A stretch of 62,172 nucleotides of DNA from Gnetum montanum (taxonomy: Eukaryota > Plantae > Gnetophyta): NCBI GenBank assembly GCA_015680685.1, contig MNCI01000920.1, positions 532,443 through 594,614 of the forward strand, given 5' to 3'. This document shows positions 1 through 13,159 of the stretch, one piece after another. The notes under the pieces were generated by a model. The model saw nothing but the letters and a program-made list of their open reading frames with translations, was not told where the DNA came from and did no database searches. Each line of letters begins with the position of its first letter. The stretch's first letter is position 1. A program made the translations under genes and the position numbers.

Positions 1-14
1 CAAAAGTCACTTGT

Positions 15-30
15 TATATATATATATATA
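15..30. repeat. (TA)n microsatellite
   Basis: Run tatatatatatatata. Confidence 0.85.
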
Positions 31-512
31 TTATATTTATTAGGATCTATTGAGGAGTCATATGTTTGCCCCCTAATTTGATAAAATTAATCCATATTCC
101 AGACCACGTGAGGAGTCAAAATGCCGTTAAAAATATTAAATACTTCCCCGGTCTGCAGCATCTCTATCTAGCCATGTGCCGAATGACGTTACATCTTTTT
201 CTGAGAATTTTGCAATCTTCCTAGTAACTCCATGATCATCTCCATCTTTGCAGCATCAGCACAAGATTTAATTGAAATCCTAATAATCTTCACCTAGAAC
301 ATAATCCCTACCTTCAAAAGCTTCATCATAAGAATCCCATGACATGCTATGCTGCGTTTGAAACAAGGGATTCCTGTAAAAAATTCTAGGGAGTTTTGTG
401 GATCCTCCAGCATCGATGCTCTTGATGTCGTTGCTCATTCCGTTTTGTTGCACTGATTCTGCTGGTGTCTGTTCCATTTTCCTGCATTGATTTCTGAACT
501 TAGTCTTAGGCT

Positions 513-915
513 CTAACAAGAAAAATAATTCACCTTGATCATGACGCCCTCCTGGAACTCCTGCGGCCCAACCTTGGGAGCAACAGCATCGATGTTCCAA
601 CCCTCTTTCTTAGAAGAATCCAGAAACGGCCCCAGACTGGAACACGTACTTGAGCACTCATTGCAAGATGATTTTGCAGAAAACGGGAAGATACGTAACC
701 TTGATTGTTTCAGAGGTAGGACCAAAGGAGCTTGAGCCTGAGCTTGATTCTGAGATTGAACCTGAACCTGTGCCTACGTTTGCATAGGGTTTTGCTAATG
801 ATGTTGTTGTTGAAGGTGATCGTATTCCTCCATCATGTTGTCAAGGTCTTCATTAGTGGTGACTAAGATGAGAGCATCAAGGTCTTCATTCGACAACTAA
901 TATTTGATGCTGTCA
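513..915 (-). pseudogene. Plant PB1 (octicosapeptide/Phox/Bem1p) domain protein fragment
   Basis: Minus frame reads IKY*LSNEDLDALILVTTNEDLDNMMEEYDH, a Q-rich linker, then SRLRIFPF...SSLGPFLDSSKKEGWNIDAV. This matches the plant PB1 consensus KYQLPxEDLDALISVTTDEDLxNMMEEYDR...SRLRLFLF...SSLGSLL...WFxDAL. Three TAG stops lie at probable CAG codons; the N-terminal half of PB1 is missing. Confidence 0.85.
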
Positions 916-2104
916 TTATTAAGTAATTGTTGGAGGATACCAAATCGATAACACCCTTGAATTTGAGCCTAGGTACGGCCAGCAACTCTCCTACAACTTA
1001 CCACCAGTGAAGCTTCCATATGTTGCACACACCACGCTTGTGGCCTGCTGCAGCATCAAATTATACAGATACATTATTTCTTTTCTTCTTCATCTTGCAT
1101 AGCTTTGTACCTCTCTGCCCTACTGTGCTGAATCAGAAGTAGTGCCCTGGATAGATTCAAGCTCTGCATATATTTTTTTCTTTTTCTCAGTTTAGTAACA
1201 TTGGGATGCATCACTGGTTGGTAGAGTTTCATGTCTTAGAGGCATCTTTTGATTTCATGGTGGTCAACGTTGCATGGTATGGAGATTAATGGTTGTCATC
1301 ATTTCCGTTCGGCTGCTGGTCATGGCAAAAATAACTCTGGTTATGATAAGGTGTCTTTGTTTGGAACCTTCTGGGTGATTCCCCCTGTTACTGTTTGTTT
1401 GGTGTTTCATGGCCGTGAGGGTGCATCATTCCACGAGTTTACATGCTGCATAGGTCATGCAAGGGTTTCCCTGGCCCTACTGGCCGTGCATCCCTGTTTG
1501 AGGGCCGCTGCCCTCTATTTCCTTCAACAGCTTACTGATCAACATATTGCCCAAACTTTGATAAATTCGTATTTCTTTTGAAATTCTTTCCAAATTATTT
1601 TAGGCAAAGTGTAGATACCTTAAACAAATATCAGCAGCCTGAAACACTGTTTTTCTACCACCTTTCCCTAAGGATAGCTCTTGCTCATTCTTTACCAGTA
1701 TCCAAATGATTAATTCCTGAAAATATTCCTTTCATATCAATTCATTCACCATTGGCACATTATCTCTTGCAATATTCTATTCACTGTCTTCCATACGTGC
1801 ATCATTATTTCCACCAATAATGTTATGGTCTCCCTGATATGCATGCCTTTCCTCCTTAAGGGCTCCATGCAAGGAATGCTTTAGTTGATGATGTAGACAA
1901 CCAATGATGTCGCTTTGTGGACAATACTCTAGTATACCTAATACACCTCACAACATGTTCCAAATGAGAGTTAGACAGACCTCTGGAATATCCACAAAAG
2001 AGATGGGCATGTAAAAGTTCCAACCTTCATCTTGCCATTTCAATAGTTCTAATGAAATATTTTGAAGGTTTCAATCATCTCATATCTCTGTTGCATGAAA
2101 TGGT

Positions 2105-5100
2105 CAAAATGTGCCAACAATTGTACCCTTGACCATGACATGTGATCCATTGAAGGATTTTAGACATGTGGTTTTGGTTGGCCTGATTTCATCTGCCAGG
2201 CCTAGCTTGTCGATGACGGAGTACAGGACTATGTTCGTTGCTGCACCATCGTCAACATGCACTCTGCGGATGATGCACTGCCCAACACGAATGCTAATGG
2301 ATAGTGGAGCTGTAGTGACTTCCCCTCATTTGGGATTGACTTTAACTGCATTATCACAAAAGGCTAAGGTTGTTGAACCTTATCCTTGTTGTGTCTATTG
2401 CGAAATCGTTGCGTGGATGGATTCTTCGTTTGCGGGGATGTCCTCTGTAACAGGAATGGATGCTAACATTTGAGCCAAGGCTTCATGGTGAGTGGTTGAA
2501 GTCATGACCAGATCGTACAAACTCATTGTTGTGTTCTTCTATTTTAGCGCTTCTTTTACTTAGGTTAGTGCAGCTACGAAGTCCTTGTCATTAGCTATTG
2601 TGTTGGTTTTAACTTCCTCCGTGAAGCTTGAGAGATAGACCTCTTGGGAGGGGGACTTAGGCTTGGTTTGCTTGGGGGTAGGGGCCCCAGTGCTCAGTTG
2701 TTGTTTACTAGTTGTGGCCTTTGCTTCGGTCATGGGAGTTGTCAGGTGCTTATGTTCCCATTTGGTGGGCCTAGCCGGGCTGCTAGTGGGATCAACCCTT
2801 GGAGGAGGAGGGATCGAGATGTTGTCCACTATTGGGCTTTGGGTAGGTGAGGGGTCATCTCGTTGTGGCACTCTTATGAAGAAAGGTTGCTTAGCGGTTT
2901 TTGTTGTTGCGTCATGCCAGTTTAACATCTTAGCAGATGAATCATGCTAGTTTAACATCTTAGCGGATAATGTTTGTGGAGCCTTGACCACAAAGGGTGT
3001 TGTGGGTGCTTGGGGTGGTACCTTGATAACAAAGGGAGGCCTCTTGTTTGTGGAGGCTAGGGGAATCCTTGCCTTACTGGGAGGCACATGGATCACAAAA
3101 GGTTTTTGCATAGGTTTGGGCTTTCCACCTATGCTAATTGAGTTTATGACATAGGAGGCATCGTCTATGTTGGATTGACTTGTCGTGTCAATCATTAGTT
3201 GGCCTTCTTCTATCATTCCCTGCAGGTCATCTTCCAAGGCATGACAATTGTCTATACTGTGACCAGCCATTTGATCGTAATCACAGTATTGGTTCAATTT
3301 AAAATGTTGTGGGACCAGAGGCTCATTTGGTACTGCTAAGGTGGGGTTCCTTAGTAGCTCATAGTACCTGTCATGTTTTTGGCGAGTAATCTCTGACACG
3401 TGTTTGTGTTCGATTTTCCCAGCTTTCGAGAGTTGCTCCAATAGTTGAGAGGGTTACATCGGTAGTGGTGTATACTTTGAGCGGTCCTTGCGCTGAAAGT
3501 TGGGTTTTGGGGTGGCCCCTATCGATGTAGGTGAGTTGGCGTCAAATTTGGTGGCTTTGTTAGCTAGGGGTTTAGGTTGCTTAGCTTTTGGACCCTAGTT
3601 GGTTGCTTTTGTGATTGCGGCTACTATTGCCTCAGTTGTGTTTTACTTACGAGTATGTTGGTTTTTGTAGGCCACATAAGCTGGGTCATTGCTTGATTGT
3701 GCCGCTTCTTCTATGTCTTTGATTTGTACAAATGCTTGGCTCAATGTGCGGGCTTTCAGGTAGTAAATTTTTGACTTAATAAAGTCATTTACTGCTGATT
3801 TGAGGATAGTGAGTAAATATGTTTCGGGGATAGGTTCGTGAAGTTCGTTTAAGGTTGCACTCCACCTTTGGATAAATTTCTATGCTGGCTCTAAAGGCGC
3901 TTGTTTAATTTGAATGAAGCTATCTAATGTGGCTTCAGGTTTTAAGTTGTACTTGAAACGGGTGACAAACTGATGTAAAAAATTCTCTAAAGAAGATATG
4001 GAGCTACAGGGTAAAGATATGTACCAGTCTAAGGCTTTTCCAGTTAAGGTCATTGCAAACACTCACAAAATTACATGGGGCCATGCTTGAAGTAAAAGGC
4101 TTTCGGTTCTAAATGTTACTAGGTGGGCATTTCGGTCCCCTTATCCATTGTACTTGGTCAGTTGAGGTAATGAGACTCCTTTTGGCAAGGTCAAGGGTGA
4201 AACTAAGGGGTCAATTGGGTCATCTTGATAGAAATCTAGTACCTTGACTTCCTCATTGTTGAAATTTTTAAGGCATTTTAATTCTTCTGCCAACGAGTGC
4301 ATCATTTTTTGAGTGTCCGCCCATTCTTGGGCAGTAGGCAAACCAATAGATTGAGTTGATTGTGGATGATAATGGTTTAACTATTGCATTGTTTGTGGAA
4401 AATCAGGTTTTTGGGCTAACATTTGTTGTGGTGGGATGGTATTTGGGACTGAGACTACTGGTGGAACCCATTGCCCAACCACATGTTGTGAGGTAACACC
4501 TTGAATATGTTGGGTAGGAGTAATTAATGGTTCCCTATGAATTTGCATCTGGGGTATGTAATGGGTGGATGTGGAAGCTGGTATGACTGACGGTATTCCA
4601 ATTACTTGAGGTTGGAGGATTGACCCTACGTTGGTTTGGGGGAGTTGTTGGGACTGCATTGGTGGAGGAATGATGGAAGTGGATGCATCAGAGTGAATGT
4701 TATTGAGCACAGAGAAGATAGGGACGAAATGGGAAATAGGTGCTTGAATGTTTGTGGATGAAGAAGGAAACATAGTTTCTTCTAGGAAAGGATGGGATAA
4801 TAGGTTTGTGTGGGCATGGGGGCTAACAGTATGGTATGATTCTCCATGTTCAGATTGGGCTGCAAAGTCATCTTCTTCGTCTTGAGGCTCTATGGGAGGT
4901 AGTTGTAAGGCTTGACTTCTAGTCATAAGAAGTTGGGATATGAGTTTATGATGGTTTTCAGATAGTGGGATTATGTCAAAAGCTGAAGGGATAAACTCAC
5001 GTCCTCCTTTATGGATGAATTCATATTCTCGCTTAGCTTCCCTCTCTATACAATCAATGGGTAGGTTGGCTTGGATCTTAACATAGATAAAATTATATTG

Positions 5101-5370
5101 TTCGGGTGTAAGAGTTGCGTGAATAGGGCCTTTGCCTTGTAGCCTGAGGGATTGGCGTGTAGGGCCTTGAGGATTTATGTGTTCAATAACGGTTATAGAT
5201 TTCGTAGCAGTCACAGGGTTTGAAGCAATTGGTAGTGTTACTGGGTTGACTTGGGAAGATTCCATGATAAATGTGAATGGACTGGGATAGACGAATGGAG
5301 TTGGATCGTAAGCAGTTGTAGTGTGGGGTGACACAAGCTTAGTGTGATCAACAGGGATGAAGAGACTCAA
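2105..5370 (-). pseudogene. gag-protease of element A (disrupted)
   Basis: P/Q/T-rich N-terminus; retrotrans_gag core LPQLTKYNG...LTGKALDWYISLP...FVTRF (about 3700-4200); Tat-type Zn knuckle YCDYDQMAGHSIDNC (about 3240-3290); protease RVHVDDGAATN (about 2230-2270). Confidence 0.85.
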
Positions 5371-5429
5371 ATGGGCAAGATGGATGAGTTTTTATAGGTA
5401 GTGAGGTTTTAACCAATAACAAGAAAATG

Positions 5430-5447
5430 GCCCTCCTTCTAGCGCCA
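5430..5447 (-). promoter_or_regulatory. Primer-binding site complementary to tRNA-Asn 3' end
   Basis: Minus strand TGGCGCTAGAAGGAGGGC complements plant tRNA-Asn(GUU) ...GCCCTCCTTCTAGCGCCA; 5 nt from the LTR end ...TACA. Confidence 0.85.
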
Positions 5448-5452
5448 AAAAC

Positions 5453-6300
5453 TGTACTGTCCTAAATCGTTGGTGTAAGGCTGGAAGGAAAACAAACACT
5501 GAGAGATCGTCGAGTAGCCACAGCTGACCCTACCTTCGCTCGAGTGCAAGCTGGAAAAGTAAACGAAGGTAGAGTGCCTTGGATGGTTTGCACGCAAATC
5601 AACCAAGGACTTCCCCGAGCGTAAGCTATGGCTAGCGCTGGGGTTATCGTAAATAGGATGTAAACGGAATGTAGACAACGATACGAAATGTAAATAAAGC
5701 GTACTGAATTATGAATAAAGCATAAACAAAGTTATATTTGTAAAGCATAAACAGAACTTAAACAATGTAAATGGGAGGCAATAATGAAACAATATTATAT
5801 TGTTTAAAAAAATGTGCACCGGTCAAAGCGTAGTTGCACAAGTGTGAATGGCAAGTCAAATGCCTAGCCCCAGAAAGATATGACACGATGATGCGACGAT
5901 GTGAGAAGAACTTGGAAGCCAAAAATCGGATATGCCGAGCGCCCAAGGATTGCAAGTTTTGTCCTCCCTCAAAATTTCCAATCTCTCCAATCTTTGCCTC
6001 TTCCTCTCCCTTCTCTCTTATTGCTTTTGCTTTGCTTCTCTTGCCTCTTTGTCTCCTCCCCAATTTGTGTGAATTGATGGGGTATTTATAGGGTTAGGCT
6101 AGGGTTTTGGCTAGGGTTTGCTTTGACTAGGTTCAATGCATCTGCATTGAATGGTTGTACATGAGTTGGATGTGTGTTGGCAATTTGCCTTCTTTGACCA
6201 GGTTCAATGTATTTTACAACTTGTGGGTCATTCCAGCCCATAAAAATACAAATAAATTAAAAATACAAGCCCTTGAGTGATAAAACTTTAGAAAATTTGG
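5453..6300 (-). repeat. 5' LTR of element A (distal end uncertain)
   Basis: Begins tgtactgtc next to the PBS; first ~250 bp homologous to 23543-23790; TATA (cctataaatacc on minus) near 6082-6093. Confidence 0.7.
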
Positions 6301-6789
6301 AAAGATTAGCGCTAGCTGGCTCTCTTGAAGAATTATTATTTTCTCTCTTCTTTTTTTTTGAACTTCAACAACACAACATAATTCACTTAAAGATCACACA
6401 GGCGCTCATCTTTCTTCCTCTGAAAATCCTAAGTCCCAAAAATACAGTCAATGCAAACCAAAACTGAGGGTTTCATTTCATCTTTCAACCAAGCGGATCT
6501 GGATGATTATCCTTGGAAGACGAATGGTGATCTACCGAGGCCCCTGCTTGCGCCTGTTCATGTTCCTGATTCTGCTGCTCAATTTTCGCCCTCCACTCGG
6601 TGCTTCCTCTTGGAACAGGGCCTCTGTTCCACCGCCTAAGGCTTTCGCTCCTGCTTTGATCTTGGCCAGGGAACATGTCGTGGTCATCGGAAGTTGTTGT
6701 TATAGGGTTCCCGCAGAGGAATTGCAGAGCAGAGTGCATACAAGAAGGTATTTTTTTGTGTTTGTTGTGGTAGGAGCAGAGACAATGAC

Positions 6790-7325
6790 ATGGTGGGCAA
6801 CGCCGCAGACAGCGACATGAGCAGCGGAGAGGTGGCGGGAGCACAGAGGCTGCGTGTAGCAGTGTGGGGGTAGCGAGCGATGTGGTAGGCAACACAAAGC
6901 GAGGTGGCAGCGGAAGCGCAGAAAATAGTGGTGGCAGAGAGAAAACAGCGTCGGTAGGCATGGAAGAAACAGGAGGAGTAGTGGCGGCAAAATAGCAACG
7001 CGGCAAGCAGAGGGACGGTGACGGTAGAATCAGCGAAGCGGTGGGGCGGAAATAGTGATGCTGAGGTGGATCATGGATACTGACAGGTGCGGGGATGGCA
7101 TATCGACAGCAGCGTAGCAGGAGCAAGGACGCGACAGGCAACGCGGGAGTAGGGACGCGGCGAGCAGCTGGAGCAGAAGCAGCGGCGCAGCAAACAGAAA
7201 TAGTAGCGTGACGATAGCACAGAAGTGACGATGTGGCGGTAGCACAAGAGGCAGCGGAACAATGACGCAGCGTAGGAGACAGTGATGCGGCGGCGTAGCA
7301 GAGAAATGGCAGGCACGTAAGGAGG
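6790..7325. repeat. GC-rich degenerate low-complexity tract (gcagcgg/gtggcgg motifs)
   Basis: Recurrent gcagc/gtggcgg words produce overlapping spurious A/P/C-rich ORFs. Confidence 0.55.
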
Positions 7326-7780
7326 GTAAGCCTCAGCAGCAGCAATGCCGATATCCAATCGTCTGTCATAACTCAAGGGAGTATCTATTCCAAAATCATC
7401 ATCATGAAGATGATCATAGAGGCTATCATTTTCAATGAATTCATACACCAACAATGTCGGGTCAGGGGCCGAGATGCAGCACAAAGTTTTGACAATGTTT
7501 GAATGTTTGATTGTAGCGCAGGTATGCAGCTCCGTTTCTAATCCACTGGCAATAGGATTGATATTGACATGCGTGTTCAAATTATGCATGTGTTTGACAG
7601 CAACAGGTGTGGAATCCAGCAGTGTGACTCTGTAAACTACTTCTGATCCACCACTTCCAATGATGCAGTCCTAGTGCAGACCCTGAACAATGTCCCTCTC
7701 GGAGAATTCAACTGCACAAAATAGCACCATCTTCCACTCCCAGAATCTGTAATTGGGTGTGGTTCTAGATTTGGAATTGT
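7320..7780 (-). pseudogene. LRR receptor-like kinase (subfamily XI, HAESA/HSL/CLV1-like) fragment, juxtamembrane to kinase subdomain V
   Basis: WKMVLFCAVEFSERDIVQGLH*DCIIGSGGSEVVYRVTL...VAVKH...ETELHTCATIKHSNIVKTLCCIS...LLVYEFIENDSLYDHLH...RRLDIGIAAAE. No HRD/DFG; one stop. Confidence 0.9.
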
Positions 7781-8799
7781 TGTGGACAATGGAGCCAAGA
7801 CATCCACGAATGTAGATGAGTAGTAAAAAAATCAATAAATTGTTACAATAGCAATCAGATAATATATGCTGCCGAAATCGTGTGAGCAAGCAGGAAGTCT
7901 CAGAGGCCCTTCTTCGAAAAGGCCTTTTTTTTTGCCACAGGAAATTTTCAGTTGTTTTATATTTATAACAACACATGCAAACCATCCACTTGTATGGTCT
8001 GGATAATTTTTTGAATGCTTGAAAGGGCTTGAATCATTTTCAATTAAAGTGCTAAGCTGAAATCAGTGGTGTTTCAGTTGGCACAACCAAACCCACATGA
8101 TGATGTGTTGCATTCTTTTGAGGAACTGGGCCTCTATTTAGTGTTAAAGGAAACCTATTAACGGAGAGCCAAATCCACATAATGAGATGTTACTTGAGCG
8201 TTTGAGACATGAGTACTTGCTTCCAAGATAACTGCCTTCCTGTCTGGGGCTTGTATGGGAAATTCCAAGGGTCTTGTGTTTCTTTTTGGCTTCTTTGCTC
8301 TTTTGCTCTTTTCTTTTGTTTCTTTATATATATTTTTTGTGAAGAGCTTTTTTTTGATCTTGTACTCATGCTCAAGTTCCATGTTGTGTGTTGCAACTGC
8401 TTAAAAGTATTGCAGTGTGCAACGGTGTGCTCAAAGTTTTGGATCTACTGGGTGTATTAGGGGTGTAGCTGAGTGGAGTATGTTGAGGAATAGATGGGAA
8501 ATGTAATAGGAAATGGGGATGTACTAGTGAATGGCTTGATTAACCTAGTTACATGTGTTAGGAACAATATGGTACCTTGCTGCTGTGACGAAGTGCATTC
8601 TTGTATGAACACCTCTGAGTGTCATCCTGCAAACACAACTCCAAGAAGACAAGAAAACCACGAGTGAGTGAGTAAGCTTAGACTGAGAAAATAAAGGCAC
8701 TAGATGATATTTTAGGCACTGAATATGCATGGCAAAAATGTTATCAAGATCAACTGATGATGAGCGAGGCAGCGGCTCTGATGAAGTTCAAATGCAGCT

Positions 8800-9125
8800 A
8801 CAGACCGAGAGGCTAGAGATGAAGTTACCAGGTTATAGTCGTAGCGAATGGTTGTGGGTTAGTTTTATGTCATAACCCATTGGACATTGCCAGTTTAGCA
8901 TCGTAGAGGATGGTACATTGCTAGTTTATAGTCTTGGCAAACTGTGGAGAGGCAAACCAGTTTATAGTCTTAGCAGACTCCAACGAATGAAACTGTGGTA
9001 GTTTAATGTCATACCGAATGGATGCTAGTTTATTATCATTGCAGATGAACTATGGTATCAGTTTACCATCATGATTCCAGGACGGTCTGTGGTATCAGTT
9101 TACCATCATGATTCTAGGATGTTCA
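8800..9125. repeat. Degenerate short repeats downstream of integrase (core yagtttatagtc / cagtttaccatcatg)
   Basis: Around ten AGTTTA-cored motifs; tgtggtatcagtttaccatcatgattc-like unit duplicated at about 9050-9120. Confidence 0.7.
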
Positions 9126-9142
9126 CATACCTGAGTTTATGC

Positions 9143-12100
9143 TCAAACGTAGAACGGTTTCAAGCACAAGTGGTTGGTCGAGTGTGCAAGCTCATTCCCT
9201 TCCATGTCAGCTAGTTTAAATGCTCTGTTGTTGTATGCTTTGGTGACCAAGTAGGGCCCTTCCCAGTTGGCTACAAACTTTTCCACATGTTCACGGACCA
9301 CCTTAAGTACGAGGTCGCCTTCTTTGATTGGGTGCTTGTGAATGTCATGTTGATGGCATTGTCGTTGTTGTTTCTGATACCACTCCATCCAATTGAGCAC
9401 ACATGTACGTTCCTCTTCCACCGAGTCCAAGTCAACGACACGCAAGTCATTGTTTTGACCTTCGTTGAGGAGTCCAGAGAGTGTGATCCTTAAAGATGGT
9501 ACCTACAACTCCAAAGGTAAAATAGCTTTGGAACCATAAACAAGGCTATATGGAGTTTTACCTGTGGATGTCTGATGTGTAGTGTGATAAGCCCATAATG
9601 CGTATACCAACTGTTCATGCCATTTTCCCTTGCTCTGCGTAAGCATCTTCTTTAGCACTAAGATGAAAATATTGTTCGTGGCTTCTACTTGTCTGTTGCT
9701 CTGAGGGTAATATGGGGATAAGAATGAATGTTTAATGCCTAAACTGTCACAAAAGGTTTTCGTTTCGACACTACTGAATTATGGTCCATTATCAGTAATG
9801 ATGGCTATTGGGATGCCAAAGCGGGTCACAATGTTTTTGAGGATAAAGTTGCATACTTATTTCGATGTGGTCTTCCTAAGAGGACTAGCTTCTACCCATT
9901 TAGTAAAGTATTTAGTTGCGGTTATGATGAAGCTATGTCCCACCGAAGATGAGGGAGTTATTCGTCCAATGATGTCTAACGCCCACTTCTATAAAGGCCA
10001 TGTGATTTGAGCTGTATGCAACTCATTGGGTGGGACATGTATAAGATTACCATGCCTTTGATATGTATCACACGTTTTGACCTTGAAGACATAGTTGTAC
10101 TCCATGTGTGGCCAATAGTACCCTAAACATCTTATTTTGGTTTCCATTGCTTTGGGCACTATGTGCCTGCCGCAGATTCCTTCATGTACTTGCTCCATGA
10201 TGGTCTGGCCATTAGTGCTACTAACACATATTAACAGGATACCTTCGTAGGATCTACGACACAATGTATCACCTACTAGTGCATATTGTCGTGAACGTTT
10301 TCGTACTGCGTCCTTTTGTGCATTTGTTAGATGTCGCGGTGTTTTCCCATGTAGAAGGTACTCTTTTATGTCATCATACCATTTTATTGTGTGTGTTGTA
10401 ATAACTGATGTAATTGGTAATTCATCAGGAGTATCAGTTATGGGTTTAGCACAACTGATTATAGAACTAGGCAATGTGTGGAACATGTTTGGCGCTAAGT
10501 TTAGGGCTAACGTAGCTAGTGCATTTGCAATGGTATTAGCATTTCTAGAAATATGTTGTACATCTATGTTATCGAATCACTTCAGCAAATGCTTAGTCAA
10601 ATCATAGTATGGTTGTAAGTGTTGTGCTTTGCATGCATAAACGTCTGTGACTTGATTTAGAACTAACTGTGAGTCACCTTTGACTACGAGTCGTGTGATG
10701 TCAGAAGCTAGTGCTGCTATGAGACCTCTAAGGAGGCCTTCATACTCTGCTACATTGTTGGTATAGTGAAAATTGAAATGATAAAAAAAGGGTTGGATCT
10801 CCCTAGAGAGGTAGGTGATGACGACGGTGGCACTTCCCCCTAGGGAGGTGGATGCTCCATCAAAATTCAAAATGGCATTGTAGTTATCAGGAATTATGTC
10901 TATTGCACTTACATTTTCATCTAGGAACTCTGGCTCTATTGTTGCTTGATTATGCATTGGTGATGTAGTTATTTGAGTTGCTATAGCTTGACTCTTAACT
11001 AATGACTGCGCTATGTAGTGTAGGTCAAACTCAGCTATCATGGCTTTCCAACGAGCTATCTTACTTGATTCATAGAGGTTGCCCGTGATGGCTCTGAGCA
11101 CATTATCCTTGTAGATTATATTGACTTGGTTGCAGAAGAGATAATGTTGCCATTTCTTCAAGGAAAAGATAAGGGCTAAACACAATCCCTCCACCTTTTT
11201 TTACTTCTTCTCGTGTGCTACTAATGCATGGCTTAAATAGTAAACAGGGATCTCAGTTCCATCATCTCGTTTCTAACAAAGCATAGAACTGACAGATGAA
11301 TCTGAAGTGGCCAGGTAGATATAGAATGCTTTGTTGTTCTGAGGTGGATAGACTATCTGTAGTTGAACAAGTGTCATTTTAATGTTGTCAAATGCTTCTT
11401 GGCATTGTGACGTCTATTCAAAATGGACATTTTTGCATAGCAAGTGGTTCATAAGTTTCAACTTGTCCGTCAGTTTTTCTATAAAATTCTTGATGAACTA
11501 TAATCTACCTTGTAGACCTCGGAGTTCGGTTAGGTTGCTTGGTGGTTTCAAGTTGGTGATAGCCTTAACCTTATCTAGATACTGCGAAGCCTAGCATCTT
11601 GCTCGTTTTTACCCCAAAGACACATTTCTTTGGGTTGAGCCTAAGTTCATATTTTAGACAACGTTTTAAAACCAAATCTAAATCTTGTATGTGTTGCTCT
11701 GGTGTTTTTGATTTAACTGCGATGTCATCCACATAATCATTGAGTGAATGAAGTATGTAATTGCTAAAAATGAATGTCATTTCTCTTTGATATGTGGCAC
11801 CGATGTTCTTCAAGCCGAATGGCATCATTGTATAGCAAAAGATACCCCATGGTGTCATGAAGGTCATCCTGAGCTGATGTTTCGGGTTGATCCATATCTG
11901 GTTATATCCTAAAAAGCCATCCATAAAAGACAATAGAGTGTGTCCCACAATTGAGTCAACAAGTTGATCAATACTTGGTAACAGGAAATCATCCTTTATG
12001 GTTGCGATGTTGAGATCCTAGAAGTCTATGCATAAGCTAATACTTCCATTCTTCTTGGGGACTATAACCATGTTAGACACCCAATCAGTGTAGTCAATAG

Positions 12101-12607
12101 CCCGGATGAAACCAACTTGATAAAGCTTGGTAATCTCATTGTGAACTGCTAGCGCTACCTCAGGTTTGACCTTGTGTGCTTTCTATTTCACTAGTCTTAA
12201 CTTGGGATCGAGTATAATGTTGTGTTGAACAATGCGAGGATCTAGTCCAGGCATGTCATTGTAAGACCAAGCAAATGCTTTCATGTTTTCTTGAAGAACA
12301 TGTTCCATGTCCTTGGCAAGTTGAGGTTGTAATAGTGAGCTCAATTTTAATACCTTAACTTCACCGTCAAGCATAGTTATGGGGGTTTCAGTGAAAGGGT
12401 CTTCAGTGATGCTATCAGATTCTATGTCTAGAGATTTTGTCATACCTTCATAGCTGTCTAAGGTTTGTTGCATTGAGGGTACAAATGCGTCATCTATTGA
12501 TGGACCTAAGTTGATAGAATTTATGTTGATTTCTTTTGTAATCTTTCTGTATGGTCCATCGATGGTTAATGGTGTGAATAGATGTTTGCCATCCATCGCG
12601 CTTGCTC
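9143..12607 (-). pseudogene. pol of element B: RT - RNase H - archaeal-type RNase H (aRH) - integrase
   Basis: FAWSYNDMPG; RT FMDGFLGYNQI...MPFGLKN...YVDD (11570-12180); RH; aRH LNFDGAS...NNVAEYEGL...GDSQLV (about 10480-10880); INT HEGICGRH and NWEGPY. Several stops and frameshifts. Confidence 0.95.
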
Positions 12608-12724
12608 CTGCCAATAAACAGGGACCAAAGTGAGCTGGGGGGTTGTTATGCTTTCCAAGCGATGTAACTCATGTGTATGTTTGACAGTGGTATGCAGTGG
12701 TAATTTATCATCGTACCTAGATGC

Positions 12725-12900
12725 ATGGTAGTTTAGGGCCATACTGGGCCTTGCTTGTCTGTTTATAGTCATGACGGACTAATCATGGCAGTTTAAGGCC
12801 TTACCAGGCCAATTGTGGTAGTTTAAGGCCTTACTAGGCCATTCAATAGTTTGGGGCCATTTCGGGCCATCAAGGTAGTTTAAGGCCTTACTGGGCCAAT
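12725..12900. repeat. Tandem array, core gtttaaggcc(tta/att)...ggcc
   Basis: About 5-6 degenerate units of gtagtttaaggccttactgggcc; same family as 18198-18545. Confidence 0.8.
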
Positions 12901-13159
12901 TGTGAAAATTCTCTTACGATTTCTAATTGATTATGTGATTTGTAATTGTTACTGAGTGTGAGATTGCGAAACGAAGAGTGTAAACTGAGGTGTTTAGCTT
13001 GGGCAATAGGAGTTGCTATGTAAGGGAAGATTTCACGTGGGTAATGCTACATAGTCATCTTTACCTTTGTTTATATGTATTTGTATTTTAGTTAATTCCT
13101 ATGTTTATTGAGTAAAATATCCAAGGTGTTGATTTCCTAGAGGGTGAGGTGGCGTGTGC

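Larger units (their letters stand above)
2100..6300 (-). mobile_element. Ty3/gypsy Tat/Ogre-like LTR retrotransposon A, truncated within the protease
   Basis: 5' LTR, tRNA-Asn PBS, long gag and aspartic protease; homologous to element B. No RT/INT or 3' LTR downstream. Confidence 0.85.

Noticed and set aside
5453-6300. 3' LTR of element B (making one 19-kb element)
   Set aside because: Alignable to 23543-24909 only over about 250 bp with many differences, and followed by its own PBS and gag.
6590-6680. LAKIKAGAKALGGGTEALF (minus) resembling GEM/GRAM proteins
   Set aside because: Too short and weak to support.
6485-7369. 294-aa and overlapping ORFs as genes
   Set aside because: Arise from a GC-rich low-complexity tract; no recognisable domain.
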